A stretch of DNA of 61,915 bases, filler included. It is 7 parts of 7 records of this genome, joined end to end, with 100 filler letters (N's around TTAATTAATTAA, not from the genome) between each part and the next. Parts side by side here need not be neighbours in the genome. Positions count along the whole stretch, not along the records: positions 28,351 to 43,453 come from SRR31147125_7243; 6 more parts are not named here. One strand, 5' to 3'. The notes beneath the pieces are model-generated. The model saw nothing but the letters and a program-made list of their open reading frames with translations. It had not been told where the DNA came from and searched no databases. Positions 31,159-42,613 of the stretch are shown one piece after another. The translations under genes and the position numbers were made by a program. How positions within the stretch are numbered: position 1 is the first letter of the stretch; the number at the start of each line of letters is the position of its first letter.

Positions 31159-31992
31159 TAAAAAAGCATATCATATACATTCTACACATTCAGATGGTAG
31201 ATTAACTATCGATGAAATTGTTAAAATTGCAATTGATCAAAATATTGATGAACTTGCTATTTGTGATCACGATACATTGCTGGGTAGTTTAGAAGCATAT
31301 CACAAGTTGAAAAAATACAAAACAAAATTAATCCCGGGTATAGAAATATCAGCGAAAAATTGGAAAAAGATATTCCTCATTTAAACAAGAATATATCACT
31401 TCATATATTAGGTTATGCATTCAATTTATTTGACAATAATTTTAATGAAGTTATCGAAAACATAAGAACAAAGAACAATGCGATGTGTGAAAACATCGTC
31501 AAGAACCTTAAAGAAGATGGAATAACCATTAATATAAAAGATATTATATTGCCAAAAAATAGACATTATTACTATAAAACGGATATAGCTGAGCAACTTT
31601 GTAAAATAGGTGCTGCTGATAGCATAAATGATGCTTTTTACAGACACATAAACAATTCTAAAAATGTCAATTATCATACTTATAGTTTAAGTGTTATAAA
31701 TACAATAAAAGAGATTAAAAAAGCTAATGGCATTGCTATTTGGGGTCACCCATTTGATATACTTGATAAAACATCGAAAGTACGTTTATCAATTGAAGAG
31801 GTTGAACAAATCTTGATATATCTTATAGATTATGGAATCGATGGATTAGAGGTTTATTATGAAGCGTACAATCAAAGTCAAATATCACAATTAGAAAACT
31901 TATGTAAAAAGTATAAGCTAAGAGTTTATGGAGGAACTGATTTTCATGGTAGGAAGGAAGATAAGTTAGTATGTACAAATGGGGTGAATTGA
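31155..31992 (+). CDS. PHP-domain phosphoesterase (YciV/TrpH-like), broken by homopolymer frameshift(s) near 31160 and 31365
   Basis: HIHSTHSDG, AICDHDT, PGIEIS, LHILGY, WGHP, DGLEVYY, GGTDFHG. Confidence 0.88.
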
Positions 31993-31993
31993 A

Positions 31994-33202
31994 ATGAGAA
32001 TATTGGTTTTTGGCAACATTAATAGTGGAAAAAGTTATTTAATTAGTAAATTGTCTAAAATTTTTAATAAGTATTTTATTTATAAGATTGATGATTATCG
32101 TATGCAATTTGGTGATGGAACCTGGGAATGTGAAGAAAAATCTCAAAATAGATTTATACAAGATATATCTCATGATAAGAATTGTTTTGTTGAGTGCACT
32201 GGATTAGGACCTTTAGGAGAAAAACTTTTGATTCACATCGATGGAAAAGTCGATGTCATTATTCATGTGAATACACCGGTTGAAGTTTGTTTGAATAGAT
32301 TAGTACAAAAGGATTTTACAAAAATACCATATCCAAAAGTGTTAGAAACTTTAGAAGAAACAATAAAAAGATCTCAAAATGTATTTGACAGCGGTCAACT
32401 TCACTCAATGTGGCAATCTAAAGTATTAAAGATTATTCCTTTAATGGACGATGTACAAAAAATAAGCACGCTTATAAAACAATATCAGAAATTTTCTGAT
32501 ATTGTATTCATGCTAAACAGTGATAATGAAGTTAAAACGATTTTACCTATTGGGTCATTTGCTAGAAACGAAATGAATGAATTTTCTGATATTGATTGTT
32601 TTATTAGTTCATCAGAGAAAGTAGAATATTTTATAAAAAAGTTTAATAAACTCAATACTGTTTTAATAGATCACATAAAGAATAAAATCACGATTAGATA
32701 TCATGATGACATGCTAATTGAATTGTTTATAGTTAAATCCTTATCAGAAGGAGAGAGATATATCAAAGGATCACTTATAGCAAATCCTTTTGAAAATATA
32801 ATCAAAGCATCGAAAGAAGATTTAGAATATTTAAAAAAACTGAAACTTAACAACCATTTACCTATTGATAATATGAAGCATTTGTACTCTGAAATGATAT
32901 ATTTTGTCTTATCTCTTCCAAAAATTATTGCTAAAAACAATAGATATAAGTATTATTTCCATTTTAATATTGTGCTTCATAACTATATTAGAATTTGTGA
33001 AATTCTAAGAGGTCATATTGAATATAATTATTTACCATTAGTTTCATATGATGAGTATAAACATATGCTATTGAATGAAGAAGATGATTTAAAGAATCAT
33101 TATCAACTGATACTTAATCAAGTGAAGAGACTCATAAACCATAGTGGCGAGTACTATAAAGATAAATATTTAGTTGTGTTAGAAAATATTCATATATACT
33201 AA
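31994..33202 (+). CDS. P-loop kinase fused to a Pol-beta-type nucleotidyltransferase and helical domain
   Basis: GNINSGKS Walker A at the N-terminus, lid VCLNRL; GSFARNEMNEFSDID NTase motif. Confidence 0.8.
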   Translation: MRILVFGNINSGKSYLISKLSKIFNKYFIYKIDDYRMQFGDGTWECEEKSQNRFIQDISHDKNCFVECTGLGPLGEKLLIHIDGKVDVIIHVNTPVEVCLNRLVQKDFTKIPYPKVLETLEETIKRSQNVFDSGQLHSMWQSKVLKIIPLMDDVQKISTLIKQYQKFSDIVFMLNSDNEVKTILPIGSFARNEMNEFSDIDCFISSSEKVEYFIKKFNKLNTVLIDHIKNKITIRYHDDMLIELFIVKSLSEGERYIKGSLIANPFENIIKASKEDLEYLKKLKLNNHLPIDNMKHLYSEMIYFVLSLPKIIAKNNRYKYYFHFNIVLHNYIRICEILRGHIEYNYLPLVSYDEYKHMLLNEEDDLKNHYQLILNQVKRLINHSGEYYKDKYLVVLENIHIY

Positions 33203-33215
33203 AAGGAGGGGAATT

Positions 33216-34052
33216 ATGAATAATCATATTCTTAAGGACTATAAAGATTTTTATCATAAAAATCAGAGAAAAATCGAAATCAATAAAGCATTTGTACATA
33301 TATGTGATGAAGCATTTAAAGACAATGGAAAAATTATCAAGATATCCATACATGAAAATATAAGGAAAATAGGGAAATCCACTTTTGAAAATTGCACAAA
33401 TTTAGTAAAAGTTAAATTTATTGGAGATTCTCAATTAGTGGTCATCCCAGAAAGGTGTTTTCTAGGATGTAAGTCACTTGATTCATTTGAGATTCCAGAT
33501 GAAGTAGGTGTTATTAAGAAGTATGCTTTTAAAGGCTGTACCAATATTAAAAAAATTGTGATACCTAAAAGTGTGATAGCGATAGAAGCTGGAGCATTTG
33601 ATAAATGGACAGAAGATCAAACAATTGAGATGTATAGTAATTTTAAATTTGGTATGGTATGTAAAGCGAAAATTATCAATCATAGTAAAACTGATGAAGC
33701 AGTACTTGAAGATGAAGTGTACGAAAGAGAAGACGGTAAATTCATGTATGCTGTTAAGTGTAAATGTGGTCATGTAGGAAGACATCGATATATGCCTATT
33801 GAATTTCCTGTGATTGCTCAAAGCAAAAAAGAAGCAGCTAAATTAGCAAGACATATTCCTAGAGTAAAACATGATCATAAAGATGCTATATTGAATGTTA
33901 GACAATTATCTGAAAGAGAATTCTATCAAATATCAAATGAAAATAACAATAACCCCTATTTGAAAATCAAAAGTAAATACCAGCAAAAAGAAATTAGTGA
34001 GTATATCGATATACATGCACAAGAAGAAACGAATTACATTCGAAGAAAATAA
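33216..34052 (+). CDS. BspA-type leucine-rich-repeat protein fused to an unknown Cys/His domain
   Basis: Repeats IGKSTFENCTNL / IKKYAFKGCTNI; no signal peptide; C-terminal KCKCGHVGR...PRVKHDHKDAI. Confidence 0.8.
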   Translation: MNNHILKDYKDFYHKNQRKIEINKAFVHICDEAFKDNGKIIKISIHENIRKIGKSTFENCTNLVKVKFIGDSQLVVIPERCFLGCKSLDSFEIPDEVGVIKKYAFKGCTNIKKIVIPKSVIAIEAGAFDKWTEDQTIEMYSNFKFGMVCKAKIINHSKTDEAVLEDEVYEREDGKFMYAVKCKCGHVGRHRYMPIEFPVIAQSKKEAAKLARHIPRVKHDHKDAILNVRQLSEREFYQISNENNNNPYLKIKSKYQQKEISEYIDIHAQEETNYIRRK

Positions 34053-34073
34053 ATTCTATGTAATTAAATAAAA

Positions 34074-34802
34074 ATGGAGGAATACATAACGAATGAAAAC
34101 TATAATAAGTTTATTAGTGTTTGTAACAGCATAACAAGATATTTAAAAAACGCATATTCATTAAAAGAAAATGCTACATTTGGTGAAGTCTTGCGAGATA
34201 CAGAAAAACAAAATAGAGTCATTAATCATTATTGGGATGATTTGCAAGTTTTTTTAGAATTAAGAAATATATTGGTACACAATCAATATGGTGATTTTTT
34301 AATTGCTAACCCATCAAATGAAATATTAAAAAATATTGAAAGCATATATCTAAAAATAAAAAATCCTTCTACAGTGGGGAAACTATTTAGTAACAAAGTT
34401 TGTTGTTTCCAAGAAGACGAAACAATGGACGCTTTATTAAAAATTGTAAAAGAGAAGGATTATACGCAATTTCCGATTTTCAATAATAAAGGTTTTTCAG
34501 GAATGATTACAGAAAATGCAATAACTAGATGGATTTCAAAAAAAATTGATGATGACATTATATCAATTAAAGATACAAAAATAAAAGATGTATTACCTTT
34601 GGAAGAAGTGAAAGAAAACTTTAGACTAATTTTACCTAATAAAACTGTATATGACGTTTTATCGATTTTCAAGAAAAGTTATAATAATAACAATAAAACT
34701 TTAGTGTTATTAATTTCAACTAAAAAGGAACCTCAAGTTTATAATGACATCCAAGGCATTATCACTTATGCTGATTATCAAAAAATAAACAACGAAGTTT
34801 AA
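34074..34802 (+). CDS. HEPN-like (RxxxxH) domain fused to a CBS pair
   Basis: Helical N-domain with LELRNILVH; CBS motifs YTQFPIF..GMITENAI and QGIITYAD. Confidence 0.75.
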   Translation: MEEYITNENYNKFISVCNSITRYLKNAYSLKENATFGEVLRDTEKQNRVINHYWDDLQVFLELRNILVHNQYGDFLIANPSNEILKNIESIYLKIKNPSTVGKLFSNKVCCFQEDETMDALLKIVKEKDYTQFPIFNNKGFSGMITENAITRWISKKIDDDIISIKDTKIKDVLPLEEVKENFRLILPNKTVYDVLSIFKKSYNNNNKTLVLLISTKKEPQVYNDIQGIITYADYQKINNEV

Positions 34803-34970
34803 TAATTTAGTTATTTAAGTATCAAACAATTATTGTAGGAAAATAAGTAGCAATTTTATCAAAAAATAATATATTTGACTGCAATCAATGTATTATAAGG
34901 TATTTTGATAGAAATACATTTAAATATATACCTAATAAAGGTATAATAAGTATAAAGGTATTTAGGGAGG

Positions 34971-36467
34971 ATGATTGCTATGGCAACAGTAAATTTAGGA
35001 TTTGAAAACAAATTATGGGAAATGGCTGATAAACTTAGAGGAAATATAGAGAGTTCTGAATATAAGCATGTTATTTTAGGACTTGTATTTTTAAAATATA
35101 TATCAGATTCTTTTGAAGAAAGATTCAATGAAATAAAAGAACAATATCCAGGTATGGAAGAAGATAGAGATGCATATGCATCTAAGAATGTATTCTTTGT
35201 TCCAAAAGATGCGAGATGGTTTTATATTAAATCACAAGCAAAACAACCAACAATAGGTAATGTCATTGATGATGCGATGGTAGCTATTGAAAGAGAAAAT
35301 GCATCACTTAAAAATGTTTTACCTAAAAATTATGGAAGACCTGAGTTAGATAAAACGCGTCTTGGTGAATTGATTGATTTATTTTCTTTTAATTTGGGAG
35401 ATAAAGAAGCAAAAGCTAAAGATGTACTCGGTAGAGTTTATGAGTATTTTTTAAAGAAATTTGGTTCAACTGAAGGTGAATTTTTTACACCACCAAGTAT
35501 CGTTAAGTTATTAGTAAATATGATTGAGCCTTATCAAGGTAGAATATATGATCCATGTTGCGGTAGCGGGGGTATGTTTGTACAATCTGCAAAATTTGTA
35601 GAAGAACATCAAGGAAGACTTGGTGATATTTCTATTTATGGACAAGAATTCACAGCAACTACTTGGAGATTAGCGAAGATGAATCTTGCTATTAGAGGAC
35701 TAGATGCAAATCTTGGAAAAAGAGATGCAGATACCTTCACTAATGACCAGCATAAAACATTAAGAGCGGATTATATACTTGCTAATCCACCATTTAATAT
35801 TAGTGATTGGGGACAACCTCGTTTATTAGATGATCCAAGATGGAAATGGGGAGTACCACCAAAAACAAATGCAAACTATGCATGGATATCACATATGATT
35901 AGTAAACTAAGTCCAAAAGGAACTGCTGGATTTGTTTTAGCTAATGGATCTTTATCTACTTCTAGAAGTGAAGAATATGAAATACGTAAATCAATCTTAG
36001 AAGAAGGACTAGTAGATTGTATCGTAGCAATGCCATCACAATTATTCTATGATGTAGCTATTCCAGTATCTTTATGGTTTGTGTCTAAAAATAAAAACGA
36101 AAGAAAAGATAAAGTACTATTTATTGATGCTCGTAAAATGGGATATATGGAAACGAGAAAACATAGAGAGTTAAAAGATGAAGAAATAGAACAAATATAC
36201 ACTACTTACCATAACTGGAAAAATGAAGAAAACTATGAAGATATTGATGGTTTCTGTAAATCATCTTCAATAGAAGAAATTAAATCACACGACTATGTAT
36301 TAACTCCAGGACGTTATGTAGGAATTGAAGAAGAGGAAGATGACGGTATACCATTTGAAGAAAAAATGGATAGATTAACTTCTGAATTATCAGACTTATT
36401 TGAAGAATCTAAATCTCTTGAGGAAAAAATCAAAGAGAACTTAAGGGGAATAGGTTATGATTTATAA
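34971..36467 (+). CDS. hsdM: Type I R-M methyltransferase subunit (m6A)
   Basis: GEFFTP, YDPCCGSGGMF, NPPF. Confidence 0.96.
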   Translation: MIAMATVNLGFENKLWEMADKLRGNIESSEYKHVILGLVFLKYISDSFEERFNEIKEQYPGMEEDRDAYASKNVFFVPKDARWFYIKSQAKQPTIGNVIDDAMVAIERENASLKNVLPKNYGRPELDKTRLGELIDLFSFNLGDKEAKAKDVLGRVYEYFLKKFGSTEGEFFTPPSIVKLLVNMIEPYQGRIYDPCCGSGGMFVQSAKFVEEHQGRLGDISIYGQEFTATTWRLAKMNLAIRGLDANLGKRDADTFTNDQHKTLRADYILANPPFNISDWGQPRLLDDPRWKWGVPPKTNANYAWISHMISKLSPKGTAGFVLANGSLSTSRSEEYEIRKSILEEGLVDCIVAMPSQLFYDVAIPVSLWFVSKNKNERKDKVLFIDARKMGYMETRKHRELKDEEIEQIYTTYHNWKNEENYEDIDGFCKSSSIEEIKSHDYVLTPGRYVGIEEEEDDGIPFEEKMDRLTSELSDLFEESKSLEEKIKENLRGIGYDL

Positions 36468-37689
36468 TTTATTAGATTTATATGATGTAAAATCTGGGAT
36501 GGGGAATAAGAGCAGAAATGACTTTGATCCTGCTTTATATGATAATAAAATTATCATGTTTAAGGAGATTTTCTATAATTCAAAAATACCAAAGTTCTCT
36601 AATTTGAGTACCACTGTAAGATTGAAAGAAGGAGAACTAGAACGTTTTAATATTTTGAAAGGAGATGTATTATTAACATCTTCTTCGGAAACCCCTGATG
36701 AGCTAGCAATGAGTTCTGTTGCATATGTGAATTATCCCAATACAGTTTATTCAGGATTTTCAAAAAGACTGAGACCAAAAAATGATAAAACAGATTATTC
36801 ATTTATGAGATATTGGTTTAGATCCAATTTTTTCAGAAATGAAATTAATAAAACTGTATCAATGACTACCAGAGCTAATTTGAATAATGCTATTTTAAAC
36901 AATATATCTATAGAATTACCATCATTAGAAGTTCAAAAAGCAATAGCAAAGATTCTATCATCACTTGATGACAAAATAGAACTTAACAATAAAATCAATA
37001 AGAACCTAGAAGAAATGGCACAAGCATTATATAAAAAATGGTTTGTTGATTTTGAGTTTCCTAATGAAGACGGAGAACCATATAAATCTAGTAACGGACA
37101 AATGGTAGAAAGTGAGTTAGGACTGATACCTAAAAGATGGGAAGTAGGGAAATTAGGGGATATAATTGTTCTACATGATAATAAGAGAGTACCCCTTTCT
37201 AAAAGTGATAGAGAGAAGAGAAAAGGCAATTACAGATATTATGGAGCAGCTTCATTAATGGATTATGTTGATGATTTCATATTTGAAGGAAGATATTTGT
37301 TATTAGGTGAAGATGGTACTGTTGAAAACGAAAATGGATATCCTGTCTTACAGTTTGTAGAGGGGCAATTTTGGGTAAATAATCATGCACATGTGCTAGA
37401 AGGTAAAAATGGGTTTGATGTTAATAGTTTGTATATCCTATTAAAGAATACGAACGTTAGATCGATAATTACTGGTGCGGTTCAAAAGAAGATTAATCAA
37501 ACGAACTTGAAAAATCTCAATGTATTGATCCCTAACCAAGAAATAATGGATGATTTTAATTCATTGATTAAAGAGAATTTAGATTTAGTATTGCGTAATG
37601 AATCTCAAAATATAGAGTTGGCAAAATTAAGAGATACACTCTTACCAAAATTAATGAGTGGGGAAATAGAAGTACCAATTGAGGGGTGA
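36457..37689 (+). CDS. hsdS: Type I R-M specificity subunit
   Basis: Two TRDs with conserved regions LPSLEVQKAI..LDDKIELN and LRDTLLPKLMSGE. Confidence 0.95.
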   Translation: MIYNLLDLYDVKSGMGNKSRNDFDPALYDNKIIMFKEIFYNSKIPKFSNLSTTVRLKEGELERFNILKGDVLLTSSSETPDELAMSSVAYVNYPNTVYSGFSKRLRPKNDKTDYSFMRYWFRSNFFRNEINKTVSMTTRANLNNAILNNISIELPSLEVQKAIAKILSSLDDKIELNNKINKNLEEMAQALYKKWFVDFEFPNEDGEPYKSSNGQMVESELGLIPKRWEVGKLGDIIVLHDNKRVPLSKSDREKRKGNYRYYGAASLMDYVDDFIFEGRYLLLGEDGTVENENGYPVLQFVEGQFWVNNHAHVLEGKNGFDVNSLYILLKNTNVRSIITGAVQKKINQTNLKNLNVLIPNQEIMDDFNSLIKENLDLVLRNESQNIELAKLRDTLLPKLMSGEIEVPIEG

Positions 37690-37693
37690 TTAA

Positions 37694-40600
37694 ATGGGAG
37701 TAAAAGTATTTTATGAATCAGATGTAGAAGAAGCTACATTACAGTGGCTTGAGGAGTTAGGCTACTCTACTGAGTTTGGACCTAATATTTCATCTGAAGT
37801 TGATTATCCTGAAAGAGAAGGATATGAAGAAGTTATACTAAATGAGCGTTTGAAAGAAGCGCTTTTTAAGCTTAATAAACATGTCCCAAGACAAGTGTTA
37901 GATGATGCGTTTAGAGAGATTGCTATTCCTAAACAAGTATCACTAATTGCGAACAACCATACTTTCCATAAAATGATTACAGATGGTGTAAGTGTTAGAT
38001 ATCATAATAAGAATAAAGAATTAGTATATGATACTGTTCGTATCTTTGATTTTGAACATCCTGAAAACAATGATTTTTTTGTTGTGAATCAATTTACTGT
38101 CATTGAAAATAGAATAGAAAAAAGACCTGATGTTGTTGTTTTTGTAAATGGATTACCTTTGGTCGTCTTTGAACTTAAAACTGCATCTGATGATGAAGTA
38201 ACACTTAAAAACGCATATAGACAAATCAAAAACTATCAAAATAAGATTAGTAATTTATTTGTATATAATGCTTTTAATGTCATTAGTGACGGTATTCATG
38301 CAAAAGCAGGAACGATTACTTCATTAGAAGATAGATACATGTCATGGAGAACAATTGATGGAGAAACAATTGCTCCAAAATCATTACCACAATTAGAAAC
38401 ACTTATTAAAGGTATGTTTAATAAACACGTCTTTATGGATTTATTAAAACAATTTATATTATTTCAGGAAAAAGATCATGAGTATATTAAAATACTTGCA
38501 GGTTATCATCAATATCATGCAGTTAACACTGCTTTAAAAAGTACCATTGATGCTACCAGTGACTCAGGAGATAGACGAATTGGTGTTGTTTGGCATACTC
38601 AAGGTAGTGGAAAATCATTATCAATGGTTTTTTATGCTGGGAAAATGGTGATATCGCAAGAATTATCAAATCCAACAATAGTTGTGATTACAGATAGAAA
38701 CGATTTAGATGATCAATTATATTTAACATTTGCTAAATCGAAAGATTTGTTAAGAACTATTCCACAACAAGCTGAGTCAAGAGAACATTTAAAATCATTA
38801 TTAAATGGTAGAGATTCAGGTGGAATTATCTTTACAACCATTCATAAATTTTCAGCAAATGAAGATGGTGAAATTGAACCATTAACAAATCGTAAAAACG
38901 TCATTGTTATGGCTGATGAAGCGCATCGAAGTCAATATGGATTTAAAGCTGAAGTTGTTAAAACTAATCATGAAGCTTATGAGAAATACGGATATGCTAA
39001 ATATATGCGAGATAGCCTACCTAACGCATCCTACATAGGATTTACAGGTACTCCTATAGAAACTACAGATAAGAATACACGTGCTGTATTTGGTAATTAT
39101 ATAGATGTCTATGATATGACAAGAGCTGTAGAAGATGGAACAACCGTTAAAATCTTTTATGAAAGTCGTATTGCTAGAATTGATTTTACAGAAGAATATG
39201 CTTTATTAGATGATAATTATGAAGAAATTACAGAATATCAAGAAGACGTACAAAAAGAAGGGTTAAAACGAAAATGGGCACGACTTGAAGCAATTGTTGG
39301 TGCTGCACCTAGAATAAAAACAGTTGCTAAAGATATAGTTGAACATTTTGAAAAAAGACAAACTTCTATGACAACACCAGTTGGTAAAGCTATGATAGTT
39401 GCTATGTCTAGAAGAATTGCTGTTGAGTTATATGATGAAATTATTAAATTAAGACCATCTTGGCATAATGATGATCTTATGAAAGGTAAAATCAAAGTTG
39501 TCATGACTGGATCATCATCTGATCCAGAATCATGGAGTAAACATATTGGAAATAAGACAACAAGAGAAACTTTATCAAAAAGAATGAAAGACAATAATGA
39601 TGAGTTAGAATTAGTAATTGTTAGAGATATGTGGTTAACAGGATTTGATGTACCTAGTATGCATACCATGTATATAGATAAACCAATGCAAGGACATAAT
39701 TTAATGCAAGCGATTGCTCGTGTTAATCGTGTCTTTAGAGATAAACAAGGCGGACTTATTGTTGACTATATTGGTATTGCGGAAAATCTTAAAAAAGCAT
39801 TATCACAATATACTGATAATGATAGACAACAAACGGGTATAAACACAGAATTAGCAGTATCTGTTATGCTTGAAAAATTAGAACTTGTAAGAGAAGTATT
39901 ACATGGATTTGATTATTCAATGTATTTTAAAGGAAAACATACAGAAAAATTAAAAACCATTATGGCAACGATTGATTACATTGTTGGATTATCTGTTTCT
40001 AGAAAAGATGATTACATTAAATTAACTTCTGAACTTACAAAAGCATATTCATTATGCTCAACAACAAAAGAAGCAGAAAAATATAATGTTGAAATAGGTT
40101 TTTTCAAAACAGTTAGAGCAGGGATTATAAAATTGCAAAGTGATGATAATCCTGGCAAAAAAACTAAAGATCAATTAGACAATGAATTAAATCAATTAAT
40201 ATCTGAATCATTAAAGTCTGATAAAGTTATTGATATCATGTCTGAAATAGGATTAGCTAAACCAGATATTTCAATTTTATCGGATGAATTTTTGGAAGAA
40301 TTTAAAAATATGGAACATAAAAATGTTGCTGTTGAATTACTAAAAAGATTAATTCAAGGAAAAATACGTGCATTTTCAAGAAAAACGATTGTACAATCTA
40401 AACATTTTTCAGAAATGCTTGAAAATTCATTAGCCAAATATCACAAGAGATTAATAGATTCTACAATTGTTATTCAAGAGTTAATAGAATTAGCTAAAGA
40501 TATCACTAAAGCTGCTGAAGAAGGAAAAGAATCAGGTCTATCAGAAGATGAATATGCATTCTATCAAGCACTAGCATCAAATATAACTGCTCAAGAAGTG

Positions 40601-40840
40601 ATGGGGATTGATGTTTTAAAAGAAATAGCAAAAGAACTCACACAGAAAGTTAAATCAAGCACTACTGTAGATTGGCATATTAGAGAATCTGTGAGAGCTA
40701 AAATAAGATTTGAAATTAAAGTATTATTAAAGAAATATAATTATCCACCAGATGATCCTAGTGAACCTAATAACTATGATAAATCTGTTCAACTTATTAT
40801 GGCACAAACTGAATTAATTTGTGAAAATGAGATAGGATGA
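37694..40840 (+). CDS. hsdR: Type I R-M restriction subunit
   Basis: RPD..ELK nuclease, [24 protein letters not shown]. Confidence 0.96.
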   Translation: MGVKVFYESDVEEATLQWLEELGYSTEFGPNISSEVDYPEREGYEEVILNERLKEALFKLNKHVPRQVLDDAFREIAIPKQVSLIANNHTFHKMITDGVSVRYHNKNKELVYDTVRIFDFEHPENNDFFVVNQFTVIENRIEKRPDVVVFVNGLPLVVFELKTASDDEVTLKNAYRQIKNYQNKISNLFVYNAFNVISDGIHAKAGTITSLEDRYMSWRTIDGETIAPKSLPQLETLIKGMFNKHVFMDLLKQFILFQEKDHEYIKILAGYHQYHAVNTALKSTIDATSDSGDRRIGVVWHTQGSGKSLSMVFYAGKMVISQELSNPTIVVITDRNDLDDQLYLTFAKSKDLLRTIPQQAESREHLKSLLNGRDSGGIIFTTIHKFSANEDGEIEPLTNRKNVIVMADEAHRSQYGFKAEVVKTNHEAYEKYGYAKYMRDSLPNASYIGFTGTPIETTDKNTRAVFGNYIDVYDMTRAVEDGTTVKIFYESRIARIDFTEEYALLDDNYEEITEYQEDVQKEGLKRKWARLEAIVGAAPRIKTVAKDIVEHFEKRQTSMTTPVGKAMIVAMSRRIAVELYDEIIKLRPSWHNDDLMKGKIKVVMTGSSSDPESWSKHIGNKTTRETLSKRMKDNNDELELVIVRDMWLTGFDVPSMHTMYIDKPMQGHNLMQAIARVNRVFRDKQGGLIVDYIGIAENLKKALSQYTDNDRQQTGINTELAVSVMLEKLELVREVLHGFDYSMYFKGKHTEKLKTIMATIDYIVGLSVSRKDDYIKLTSELTKAYSLCSTTKEAEKYNVEIGFFKTVRAGIIKLQSDDNPGKKTKDQLDNELNQLISESLKSDKVIDIMSEIGLAKPDISILSDEFLEEFKNMEHKNVAVELLKRLIQGKIRAFSRKTIVQSKHFSEMLENSLAKYHKRLIDSTIVIQELIELAKDITKAAEEGKESGLSEDEYAFYQALASNITAQEVMGIDVLKEIAKELTQKVKSSTTVDWHIRESVRAKIRFEIKVLLKKYNYPPDDPSEPNNYDKSVQLIMAQTELICENEIG

Positions 40841-40956
40841 TTGTGAACTGAATAGATTTGAAATTAAAGATAATGTATATGCAAAATAAAGTGTTTAGAA
40901 AATATGTAAATATAATATGCTGATGTAAAAAAGAATAAAATTAGTGGGGAAATAAA

Positions 40957-41936
40957 ATGAGATATAATGTAATAAATAATATTTTTATTGATGAAATGAT
41001 AAATTTTCTTGTTAGTGCAACCAATAGTAATAATAACTCATTCAACTTTTTAGGAAATCCAACTAAGTTTGAGGTTGAAATAGAAAAAGGAACGAAACAT
41101 TTGCTTTATGAACATAATACTATAAAATATGCCACTATAGATGGGAATATATTAAGTAAAGATAATCTGAATTATCTATTGCAAAAGAAATTTTACCTAT
41201 GTACATTCAAGAATATAAGTTTTAAATCTAAAGAATTAACCAATGATTTAAATCAGTGTGTATTTGAATCTTGTTATTTTAGAAATGCCAAATTTGACAA
41301 TGTTAAAATTATAGGAGCAAGGTTTTATTATTGTAATTTTAAATCTACAATTTTTAAAAATGTGAATTTAGAGCATGCATCGTTTTATCAATGCATAATT
41401 AAATATAATCAATTGAAAAAAGCATAGGAGAGATGTACAGTAAAGAATCAGTTAGACTTATAGAGAATTTATTAACTAATGCTAATAATAATTACGACTC
41501 AAAAGAGATATCTTTAATTCAAGATACATTGAAAATGCATACTTTAAGATATTTGAAAGAAAAAAGTTTCTTCACAAAAAATGAGCATTATTCATCTAGG
41601 TTATTTATAGATAAATTATTAAATCTAGTTAAGTATTTCGGTTTGCAAGCACAAAGATTAATTTTTGGATTTAATTTGAAAATAAATAGAATAATGATTA
41701 GTCTTATTTTTACTACTTTGATATTTACGTTAATATATATCGATTCCAATTTAGTAGGTGAAAATTTCACTTTAATAGAAAGTGTTAATATTTCACTAGA
41801 TACATTGATAAGTAATAATGAATTCACAATATCAGAAAATAGAAGTTTATATTTCATTAATTTAGTGCACAATATTCTAATATATGTATTATATGGTAGT
41901 TTATTAGTGGCTATAATTAAGAAGGTAGACAAATGA
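40957..41936 (+). CDS. Pentapeptide-repeat plus 2-TM ion-channel-like protein (Hailong HalA-like), split by a 1-nt frameshift in A6 at 41416-41421
   Basis: CVFES/CYFRN/AKFDN repeats; adding one A gives QLKKSIGEMYSK joining both ORFs (326 aa); C-terminal TM, pore-helix-like segment, TM. Confidence 0.7.
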
Positions 41937-42613
41937 TGGGTGATTTCATACTACTTTATGGTTCTTTTGCAAAAAATGAGTCTACTTCTATATCAGATAT
42001 TGATATATTGGTAGTTAGCAATATGAATAAATCAGAAATCAACGTTGAGCCATACTTAAGCGGATATAATATTGAAAACAAAAAAATTGACTTAAAAATT
42101 ATGAAACACGATCATTTCAACAGACTAGTGGAAATCAACTCTCTATATGTACATCATTTAATTCAAAGTGGCATTGTTTTAGAAGGTGATAAATCATTTA
42201 AACACGCTGTCTCAGGTATTAAAAAATATATAATTGTGAATAGTCAAATTAATGATCTTACAAAATTAGCAGATGAATGTTTAATAAGTATAGCTAAAAA
42301 TGGTTCCAATATTTTTGATTTGAGTATTCTGTTTACCTATTTGAGAAATTGTATTATATTAATTAATTATTATAGAGGAGTTTTAGAATTTAACAAATTT
42401 AAGCTGCTTGATGTTTTTGAATCTTTTAATTTTAAAAATATAAACATAAGAGAAACATATATGATATGTTATGATGCGAAGAACAAATTTAATAGAGATT
42501 TCTTTGCGAGAGATATATCCAGTAGATGGACACCCAAAAACAAAGAAGAAATAAAAAAATTCATTAATTTATTTAAGGAGGAAATGGAAGATGCGAAGCA
42601 AGAAATTATTTGA
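41933..42613 (+). CDS. Nucleotidyltransferase with helical C-domain (Hailong HalB-like)
   Basis: LYGSFAK...SDIDILV, SLYVHHL..G.VL; overlaps the upstream gene by 4 nt. Confidence 0.75.
   Translation: MMGDFILLYGSFAKNESTSISDIDILVVSNMNKSEINVEPYLSGYNIENKKIDLKIMKHDHFNRLVEINSLYVHHLIQSGIVLEGDKSFKHAVSGIKKYIIVNSQINDLTKLADECLISIAKNGSNIFDLSILFTYLRNCIILINYYRGVLEFNKFKLLDVFESFNFKNINIRETYMICYDAKNKFNRDFFARDISSRWTPKNKEEIKKFINLFKEEMEDAKQEII

Noticed and set aside
41425-41427. Stop-codon read-through or recoding in the pentapeptide gene
   Set aside because: The downstream ORF is in a different frame; one extra A in the preceding run explains it.
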